Shown one piece after another: positions 24,869 to 34,785 of a DNA stretch of 64,000 nucleotides. Position numbers and translations under genes: made by a program. Location: the NCBI GenBank assembly GCA_051362555.1, contig CM120641.1, positions 930,001 through 994,000 on the forward strand, read 5' to 3'. Source of the DNA: Lingula anatina (taxonomy: Eukaryota; Animalia; Brachiopoda). The stretch's first letter is position 1; each line of letters opens with the position of its first letter. The notes beneath the pieces were generated by a model that was given only the letters and a program-made list of their open reading frames with translations, ran no database searches and was not told the DNA's origin.

Positions 24869-27800
24869 TCACATCTCCGATTCCTCCATAGTTCCCAGTA
24901 GAGCCCTAGAGCTGGGGCTAATAAAACCATTCTTATAACTTCTTCCACTAGGTTTTCTTTCATCCTGTAATTCTTCAGAATCGGAGACCAGTCGAGACAT
25001 CTCGATGTTTTCATCTTCAGAGTCACTGAGGAGCCCTGTGCAAGACAAACATGGTACATTTACAACTTGAAAATAAGCTGAGCAATTGGTGACAGCGTAG
25101 GCCTGTAGCCAGCAATTCTAAAGAGTTCTATTTCTGAAAACGTGGACCTTTTTACACCCTTAGTTGACCCAAAGAATAAGATATCTAATTCCTTGCTAAC
25201 TCAACATGAGAAATGGCATAGAACCTTAATCAAACTTTGATTCAGAACAGGACTTTTCCTGCCAAAATGGGGGGGGGGGGGGGGGGGTCTCCCCCCCTAT
25301 AGTTTTATTAACAAACTTAAACTTTCTGTAAATTCCACATATAAATGTAATAAATGTTATTATCTTTCCCCCCCTCCCTATAGTTTTATTAACAAACTTA
25401 AACTTTCTGTAAATTCCACATATAAATGTAATGTTATATAATGAAATATAATGTAAATGAACTACCTCAAGTTCTCCCCTAATACCTGTAATTTTCAGCT
25501 CATTCATGTCCCACTGTCGCCTGTTAAACCTGTTATCTAGGTTGAAGTAGATTGCACTCCGCGTGGGCCACAGCAAATGAACCAATATGGCAAAGGCAAG
25601 GAAATCTGATCCATACATTATACCTGATAAATAATAATAATAATTTTGCCATAAAGCCTCAACACAGGTTTCAACTTTAGAAAACTTATTTAAAAGAAGT
25701 GCCACTTTTGTTCATTTAATTTGGCCATATCTTTTTTCATATGTAAACAAACTAATTACAAATATTCCTATGTTATAACTCCACTAACTACACTTACTTA
25801 GCATGGTTTTGAACCTCCATAAAGCTGAAAGCTGTGAGCCTATGAGCACTAAGATAGGCAGGTAGATAAACCAGACCAAGAAGCCTGCTCCAAAGTGGAG
25901 ATAAAACCTGGTTTTCTCCTGACCCCTCTCCAAGGCAAAGCTTGACTGCAGTTCAAACATAAACCAGGCCATGATACACATGCGGAAGGCTAGGATGAGG
26001 TAGCCAGGCCACGTCTGCCACTCGTCTATGTCTGAGATAATGTCAATTTCTGTCTGAAAATTTAAAAAAAATCGTCTGAAAATGGCTTTCATAGAAAGGC
26101 ATGATGCTGTTACTCTTCTACTTCACAGCAACTGTTAATGAAAATATACTCCTCATTTATACTTAAGAAACTGATACAATATAGCTACTACTCCATATTT
26201 ATGGTAATATGCCAAACAATTCAACCAAGATTAATTTATTTATTTCATGGAAATATCATTTTGGTCCAATTGATTAAAATATAGCAATGGATAACTTTGA
26301 TATCATCGGATTGGGTGGGTGGGTGGGTGGGGGGGGGGGGGTGGGGGGGGGGGAAAGAACCCCCACCCAACCCCACCCACCCCCATCGAAGACATACAGC
26401 CATGTACGTGTTACAGGCATTTTCATATCAGCAGTTAAAGAATTCACAGCAGTGAGCATACAAGCACTGACATTTCTTCTACAGACATGTTCTCTCTGGG
26501 GAATATGTATGTACACAAGATATAGTGTCCCTAATTAATATCAATGTACAAATAATAATCTGACCTTTTCAATATTGCCTCTGATATATATACTAGCGAT
26601 GCACATGGTATTGATCATCTGCTCTTTTGAAAATTATGAAAAAACAGAAGTAGGGTAAGTCCCCAGTGACACAATCCTAAATCAGATTCTAGGAAGTCAA
26701 TCTAAAACAAACCTACAACATGATTTTTTACATTGGTTTACAATAAAAACAGCAGACTTCATCTTACTGCTTTGATTTTGACAATATTAACAATATAAAA
26801 GAAACCCTGATATAAATATCATCAAACATTCCACAGGTCAGTGAATAATTCAGTATGTCTTAAGTCAACACACCAGTATTTATCAAGATGATGGATCTCA
26901 TTTTGCCAGATTCAAATAGTTATCATAGAAATTAAAATGAGATACAAGGGCCATGAGATATATGAAATGAGATATACGGTGCCAATGAGCAAATATTGAC
27001 ATATTTTTTTCCTGCATTGCTGTTTTCTTCCTTGACAAACACTTGAAAAATGTGTTGAAAACCACTCATTAATAATGCAAATACACAGTGAGAGGATAAT
27101 TCATTATAACTGTACATCCCCAACCAGCCTCTGTGTAATGCCTTTTTCACATGAGTAGTATACTTAACAAAACTAGTCCACTTTGAGAGATAGACAACTT
27201 AATAGTGCTACTAAGTACTGAGTAAGAAGTCATCTTAATTAACTTACAAGACAGCAGGAACAAAACTTGGAGAATTTGTTAAAGGGAATAGAATATCTCT
27301 AGTATAATTACATGTTAGCACATGTCTTGAAATGGATCAGTACATTTATAATGAATATAATGCATAATGTTAATAAAAGAAATATTTATCATACTTACCA
27401 AGTTCCATATAAATAAAAACATATTAGCGAGTGCATATGCTCCCCAGATACCAAACAGCAGTTTTCTATGTGTGAGTTCTGTCCGTGTGATTGCCCATCC
27501 TTTGGCTATAAGTAACAACAACAAGACCAGCATACACTGGCCCACCATGTCAATGAAGTTGCCTATATGTTTCATCACTTCTTCTCCCTCTCCGTCATAA
27601 GCAAATTTTATCACATGAACAACATTGCAGAAAGCTCCAAGAAATTCCATCGTCATGCAGACTGTTAACAACTTTGTTATTGGGTGGGATTGACTAAGGA
27701 GAGCCTTGACTTGGATGGGGACCAGGATTAAGTAGAGAAGAAAGAACACCAGGTGGATTTCCACCACATCATGCATCTCAAAGGAAAATTGATGCTCAAA

Positions 27801-29130
27801 TGGATTGAAGTGTTTTGTGTAGGGATTCCCATTGACAAACCAGATGTCAAAGTCAATGTAGATGTCTTGGTCTTCGTTGTGAGTCCAGATACAGCTGGAG
27901 GAGTTTAAGTAACAGGCGGCTCCACTTGTGAACCAGAACCTAGAAATATAAAGATGAGCTATATAATATGATATAGCATATATTTACAGCAATGACAGAT
28001 GATCATTAACTTACTCCAACACAACTGTATCACAGTAATTTATAACATATTTCAGTTTTGTTCCAGCTAGTCATTTTTTAAACCAAAAAACTGATCTGCT
28101 TCCCTTACTGTAAACTGAATGAGAGAAGAATGAAATATTATGTATCCCACCCAGAAACGAACTTCTGCACAAAATGGTGCACACAATGGAAGATGCCCAT
28201 AGGGCCATGGTGATCTTAAACACAGGTTTGTACTTTGTCAGGAAACAATCCTTGACCAACTTCTTACATTCACACATTGGCCTGTTAATGGCAGACATCA
28301 AAGGGTGTGCAGTTTCTAGATGCCATTCCCATAGCCACCACTGGGCTTTGTAGATCAATCCAGCTTTGCAGGGATTCTTGCTGAGTGCAATCAGCTTAAC
28401 TGCATGACACCCCTCCTCCTAGTGTTGAGGAGAATACAGAAAATCTGATGATTATATCAGTATATTAGGAAACAACAGGAGGCGTGTCATTAAGTTAAGC
28501 TGATTACACTCAGTGAGAGTCCCGATAGAGTTGGATCAATCTACGTATACCAATGGTGTCTATGGAAATGGGGCCTTACCTAATTCAGATTGCCTACCTA
28601 AAGAAGCCCGCTTTGCAACAATGTGCTTACTCTACTACCTACACTAATTACCTTGGTTGTATTTTGTCCTGTACACTGAATGTAAACTGATATCCATCCA
28701 CCACTATCCCTGGGTCATCCTCCTCAGCACAGAGGCTGCCTGCTACACACGGTATCTTCCTCAGGTAATCCTCCTTGCCGTCCGGGTGACAGCTGTAATC
28801 CCAAGCTTTGGTCTCGATCTTCTTGAACATAAGAGGACATGCCTTTTCTCTGGGAATTACAGTCCGGTTGGTATAATAATCAACGAAATATTCCCCGTCG
28901 ACAACGACGAAGGTTAGAGGTGTTGTTACATTGTTGTTGGAGGTGATGTTACCGTAGATGTACCCCTGAGTGTCCACTTGATGGTGAGCGTCGGTTTGCT
29001 GAAAGCCAAACTTGGCAAAGAATTTGTAGAATTCCGTACTTCTCCATCTTCCTTTCACGTGAAGTGCATTCAGGGGCAAACATTGTGAGGCAGCAATGAT
29101 AAAAAGTGCCCATATGTTTACAAAATACAT
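24869..29130 (-). CDS. GPR180/TMEM145-family (GOST-type) seven-transmembrane protein
   Basis: Exons 29130-28652 (signal peptide, KFGFQQTD..TQGYIYGNIT), 27939-27399 (RFW...NGNP...FEHQFS, LLLLIAKGWAITR), 26053-25798 (WPGYLILAFR), 25623 to about 25466/25485 (LLWPTRS), and a last exon ending at TGA 24869. The last intron boundaries are ambiguous (two in-phase options). Confidence 0.88.
28321..28576. mobile_element. Fold-back MITE in intron 1 of the GPR180-like gene
   Basis: Long inverted arms (CTGAGTGCAATCAGCTTAACT / AAGTTAAGCTGATTACACTCAG). Termini CATTCCCATAG ... CTATGGAAATGGGGCC-TTA resemble those of the 13-15 kb MITEs. Confidence 0.7.
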
Positions 29131-29189
29131 ATCTGTCTACGTCAAATTAAGGAACATATTTATAATTCAGGAACGTGACATCCTGCCGG

Positions 29190-29287
29190 TGTTGTGCCAA
29201 AATAGGTACGCTGCCAAAATAGGTACGCGCCGCACTATTTGGCACTATAGCTGCCAAAATAGGTACGCTGCGAAAATAAGTACGTCG
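29190..29287 (+). repeat. Left terminal region of the Ginger element with four copies of the ~17-bp motif (C)TGCCAAAATAGGTACG
   Basis: Three exact TGCCAAAATAGGTACG copies plus the variant TGCGAAAATAAGTACG; inverted counterparts at the right end. Confidence 0.9.
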
Positions 29288-29568
29288 TTGACAGCTCCGC
29301 ACTGACGAAATTTGGGCATGATTTCTTTTATGGAGAAACTGTATGTTTATCGATATGACACTTTACAAAATCAATCTCAATGAGCCGGGATAATGTGTAG
29401 GTTTATAATTTGAATGATTATATAGTGTATTTTTCTAAGAAATAAGATTTAAAATGCAGTAATTGCTTAACCGCATATATCGAGCCTTTGATTCGATCTT
29501 TATGATAAAGGTGGATTTTTGGTCACCCAAAAGGTAATAAACATAAAATATTGACATGACGTATTGTC

Positions 29569-32500
29569 AGATCAGTTTTACTTCTTGGTTCAAGTTAGCA
29601 AGTCATATATTTTTGGTGGTTTCTCATAGGAAACAAGCTGCCAAAATAGGTATGCCTCCTGCTAAAATTAGTCCTTGACAACAGCTTACTAATGTATGTA
29701 TATTCTGCCCCAGTAGACCCAAGATTTTTAATATATATGTAAAATGTGGTCATGATTTATTGTTAGATCAGTTTTACTTCTTGGTTCAAGTTAGCAAGTC
29801 ATATATTTTTGGTGGTTTCTCATAGGAAACAAGCTGCCAAAATAGGTATGCCTCCTGCTAAAATTAGTCCTTGACAACAGCTTACTAATGTATGTATATT
29901 CTGCCCCAGTAGACCCAAGATTTTTAATATATATGTAAAATGTGGTCATGATTTATTGTTAGATCAGTTTTACTTCTTGGTTAAAGTTAGCAGGTCATAT
30001 ATTTTTGGTGGTTTCTCATAGGAAACAAGCTGCCAAAATAGGTATGCCTCCTGCTAAAATTAGTCCTTGACAACAGCTAGCTTACTAATGTATTTATATT
30101 CTGCCACTATAGGCCCAAGATTTTTAATATATGTGTAAAATGTGGTCATGATTTATTGTTAGATCAGTTTTACTTCTTGGTTAAAGTTAGCAGGTCATAT
30201 ATTTTTGGTGATTTCTCATAGGAAAAAAGCTGCCAAAATAGGTATGCCACCTGCTAAAATAAGTCCTTCACAATAGCTTACTAATGTATGTATATTCTGC
30301 CATGGTAGGCCCAAGATTTTAAATATATATGTAAAATGTGGTCATGATTTATTGTTAGATCAGTTTTACTTCTTGGTTAAAGTTAGCAGGTCATATATTT
30401 TTGGTGATTTCTCATAGGAAACAAGCTGCCAAAATAGGTATGCCTCTTGCTAAAACTAGTCCTTGACAACAGCTTACTAATGTATGTATATTCTGCCCCA
30501 GTAGACCCAAGATTTTTAATATATATGTAAAATGTGGTCATGATTTATTGTTAGATCAGTTTTACTTCTTGGTTAAAGTTAGCAGGTCATATATTTTTGG
30601 TGATTTCTCATAGGAAACAAGCTGCCAAAATAGGTATGCCACCTGCTAAAATTAGTCCTTGACAACAGCTTACTAATGTATTTATATTCTGCCACTATAG
30701 GCCCAAGATTTTTAATATATATGTAAAATGTGGTCATGATTTATTGTTAGATCAGTTTTACTTCTTGGTTAAAGTTAGCAGGTCATATATTTTTGGTGTT
30801 TTGTTATAGGAAACAAGCTGCCAAAATAGGTATGCCACCTGCTAAAATAAGTCCTTCACAATAGCTTACTAATGTATGTATATTCTGCCATGGTAGGCCC
30901 AAGATTTTAAATATATATGTAAAATGTGGTCATGATTTATTGTTAGATCAGTTTTACTTCTTGGTTAAAGTTAGCAGGTCATATATTTTTGGTGATTTCT
31001 CATAGGAAACAAGCTGCCAAAATAGGTATGCCTCTTGCTAAAACTAGTCCTTGACAACAGCTTACTAATGTATGTATATTCTGCCCCAGTAGACCCAAGA
31101 TTTTTAATATATATGTAAAATGTGGTCATGATTTATTGTTAGATCAGTTTTACTTCTTGGTTAAAGTTAGCAGGTCATATATTTTTGGTGATTTCTCATA
31201 GGAAACAAGCTGCCAAAATAGGTATGCCACCTGCTAAAATTAGTCCTTGACAACAGCTTACTAATGTATTTATATTCTGCCACTATAGGCCCAAGATTTT
31301 TAATATATATGTAAAATGTGGTCATGATTTATTGTTAGATCAGTTTTACTTCTTGGTTAAAGTTAGCAGGTCATATATTTTTGGTGTTTTGTTATAGGAA
31401 ACAAGCTGCCAAAATAGGTATGCCACCTGCTAAAATAAGTCCTTGACAACAGCTTACTTATATATGTATATTCTGTCACGGTAGGCCCCAGTTATTTAAC
31501 ATATTTGTAAAATGTGGTCATGATTTATTGTTAGATCAGTTTTACTTCTTGGTTAAAGTTAGCAGGTCATATATTTTTGGTGGTTTCTCATAGGAAACAA
31601 GCTGCCAAAATAGGTATGCCTCCTGCTAAAATTAGTCCTTGACAACAGCTTACTAATGTATGTATATTCTGCCCCAGTAGACCCAAGATTTTTAATATAT
31701 ATGTAAAATGTGGTCATGATTTATTGTTAGATCAGTTTTACTTCTTGGTTCAAGTTAGCAAGTCATATATTTTTGGTGGTTTCTCATAGGAAACAAGCTG
31801 CCAAAATAGGTATGCCTCCTGCTAAAATTAGTCCTTGACAACAGCTTACTAATGTATGTATATTCTGCCCCAGTAGACCCAAGATTTTTAATATATATGT
31901 AAAATGTGGTCATGATTTATTGTTAGATCAGTTTTACTTCTTGGTTCAAGTTAGCAAGTCATATATTTTTGGTGGTTTCTCATAGGAAACAAGCTGCCAA
32001 AATAGGTATGCCTCCTGCTAAAATTAGTCCTTGACAACAGCTTACTAATGTATGTATATTCTGCCCCAGTAGACCCAAGATTTTTAATATATATGTAAAA
32101 TGTGGTCATGATTTATTGTTAGATCAGTTTTACTTCTTGGTTAAAGTTAGCAGGTCATATATTTTTGGTGGTTTCTCATAGGAAACAAGCTGCCAAAATA
32201 GGTATGCCTCCTGCTAAAATTAGTCCTTGACAACAGCTAGCTTACTAATGTATTTATATTCTGCCACTATAGGCCCAAGATTTTTAATATATGTGTAAAA
32301 TGTGGTCATGATTTATTGTTAGATCAGTTTTACTTCTTGGTTAAAGTTAGCAGGTCATATATTTTTGGTGATTTCTCATAGGAAACAAGCTGCCAAAATA
32401 GGCAGCCACCTGCTAAAATTAGTCCTTGACAACAGCTTACTAATGTATTTATATTCTGCCCCAGTAGACCCAAGATTTTTAATATATATGTGAAATGTGG

Positions 32501-32640
32501 TCATGATTTATTGTTAGATCAGTTTTACTTCTTGGTTAAAGTTAGCAGGTCATATATTTTTGGTGATTTCTCATAGGAAAAAAGCTGCCAAAATAGGTAT
32601 GCCACCTGCTAAAATAAGTCCTTCACAAAAGCTTACTAAT
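29569..32640 (+). repeat. 196-bp tandem satellite (about 15.6 units) inside the Ginger element
   Basis: AGATCAGTTTTACTTCTTGG starts at 29569, 29765, 29961, 30161, 30357, 30553, 30749, 30945, 31141, 31337, 31533, 31729, 31925, 32121, 32321 and 32516. Units carry GCTGCCAAAATAGGTATG (variant in unit 15). Confidence 0.97.
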
Positions 32641-34149
32641 TTTTGTGTTGTCTGTCATGATAGATCTTTGTTGTGTATTTTTTATGTAAAATATGTTAAT
32701 AAATAATTATCAGGTCAAAATTACTGCTATGTTAGTCAAGTACTATGTCAATGTCAAATATAGAAAAATTCCAAAATTGAAGAAATGACTGGTTTACAAA
32801 GATTTATTGTGAAACGAAATTTCTTGGCTCAGTTAAAGAAACAATGTCTATACATAAAAAGTAGTTGCTTAGGAACAGACTGTCATTAACAGTTAAATTG
32901 AACACGAGCAATTTAAGGGAATAAACAGGTGACATCCAAGTAATATCAAACAAATTTGAAAACCTATTGCCTTTCCCAGCTGCTAGTGTAAAGCAAGATC
33001 AATGGAAATGCTTCAGTCCTTTGGGTTGAAACCAGTGGTCTGTTGTTGTATATGCCGCCTTGGTACAGAGTGATCAATCTTAAAAGATTACTGAATAGCA
33101 GTGCTCATATAGTTTGTATCCAACACCTCAAACATAAAGTCCACAATATCCTCTGTACTGGCACAATTACAAAGATAATATTCAAATCATTTACATAAAT
33201 AAATTCCTTTTGACAATTTCATTTTGACTAGGTTTCCATACTTAAATTGATCTGGATCAACCTAACTTCATGGGGAGTCATACTAAATTGCTATCAGCTC
33301 AAGAGGCTTAAATGTCTGTCACGCCTACCAAATCAGCTAGGGTAAAGATATTTACCCCTAACAGCTTTACTAGGCCTGACAGACATTTAGGCCGGTTAAG
33401 TTGGTTGCAATTTAGTGAGACTGCCCAGGGAGATAGATTCGTCCAAAAATATGTGCAAATGGTCTATTTATCTAGGTCACAAATATATATTAGCCTGTGC
33501 TGAATTGAATATATATTCAGCAATTGTAACATTTAAAATATATGTTAAACCTCTTGTCGAGCAGGTATAAAATAGATACTGGAACCACATTGCAAATTGT
33601 CTAACGCACATACTACTGTTCAGATGACATCTTACAAAGAGAATCTATACATGTCAAATTCCAGGTATTTGGCTTTAAAACATCCCAATGAACATTATTT
33701 TCAAGGTAAAGATTAATGACTATGGTTTTTAGTTCTAAATAAAATATTGTAAATTAAACTATTTTCACACTAGACATACATTTATTATAATTCAAATATC
33801 AATACAGCTTTGTGATTCCTAGATTGAGAGTTGGAGCTGTGTTGGACCCATAGTCACAATTTTAACTTTGCTTACAAGGCAAAAGTAATATCTGAACTGA
33901 AGGTTCAGAAGTAAATTTAAAGCTACAGTTGAACACAACTAAAATATCTTAATCACATAGGAGCATGGTATTGATCATTAAAACCTCAAAGTAACATTTT
34001 CAGTACATACCCCTTAAAACTAATTGCAATCAATATTTGCATAGGTCTTGAGATAAAAAGAGCACATTTGAGTCAAAATTACAATTTAAAAAATTAACTA
34101 TAATTATTAAAAACCTCAAGAGTTAATCAACCCATCAAATTTACCATTG

Positions 34150-34216
34150 CCCCGTTAGCCAGCCGAACTGATTACCACCTCCTACGACGTGGACGAGGGG
34201 TTGGATTTTAGGAGGC
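34150..34216 (-). ncRNA. HDV-like (delta-like) self-cleaving ribozyme candidate
   Basis: Minus strand reads GCCUCCU(P1) aaaauccaa CCCC(P2) UCG(P3) UCCACGU(L3) CGU(P3') AGGAGGU(P1') GG(P1.1) uaa UCAGU-ucg-GCUGG(P4) CUAAC(J4/2, catalytic C) GGGG(P2'). P1 is 7 bp with a G1-U wobble; one U-U mismatch in P3. Confidence 0.75.
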
Positions 34217-34228
34217 ACAAGGGTTATC

Positions 34229-34782
34229 TGTCAGGGTTTTCCTTCCCTTAGACGATTGCTAAATAGCTAACGAGCTCCATCTGCCCGGATGGAAACTAAC
34301 GAGCTCCACCTGCCCGGGTTTTGCCTGTCAGGGTTTTCCTTCCCTTCGTCAGCATGATGGAAACTTACGAGCTCCACCTGCCCGGGTTTTGCCAGTCAGG
34401 GTTTTCCTTCCCTTCGTCAGCATGATGGAAACTTACGAGCTCCACCTGCCCGGGTTTTGCCAGTCAGGGTTTTCCTTCCCTTCGTCAGCATGATGGAAAC
34501 TTACGAGCTCCACCTGCCCGGGTTTTGCCAGTCAGGGTTTTCCTTCCCTTCGTCAGCATGATGGAAACTTACGAGCTCCACCTGCCCGGGTTTTGCCAGT
34601 CAGGGTTTTCCTTCCCTTCGTCTGCATGATGGAAACTTACGAGCTCCACCTGCCCGGGTTTTGCCAGTCAGGGTTTTCCTTCCCTTCGTCAGCATGATGG
34701 AAACTTACGAGCTCCACCTGCCCGGACTTTACCTGTCAGGGTTTTCCTTCCCTTCATCAGCATGATGGAAACTTACGAGCTC
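34229..34782. repeat. 68-bp tandem array (7 full units plus degenerate flanking copies) directly after the transposase stop codon
   Basis: GAGCTCCACCTGCCCGGGTTTTGCCAGTCAGGGTTTTCCTTCCCTTCGTCAGCATGATGGAAACTTAC starts at 34301, 34369, 34437, 34505, 34573, 34641 and 34709, with a partial unit at 34777. Confidence 0.95.
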
Positions 34783-34785
34783 ACC

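Noticed and set aside
25291-25432. Repeated ITFICGIYRKFKFVNKTIG peptide in the 159-aa ORF
   Set aside because: An ~81-bp local intronic duplication beyond the exon donor; not part of the protein.
29569-32640. CRISPR-like array
   Set aside because: Units are contiguous near-identical 196-bp monomers with no unique spacers; the context is eukaryotic and there are no cas genes.
34301-34782. Hammerhead ribozyme in each 68-bp unit (minus strand CTGACGA...GAAA)
   Set aside because: The segment between the core boxes (AGGGAAG) cannot form stem II, and I could not build stems I and III with a proper NUH site.
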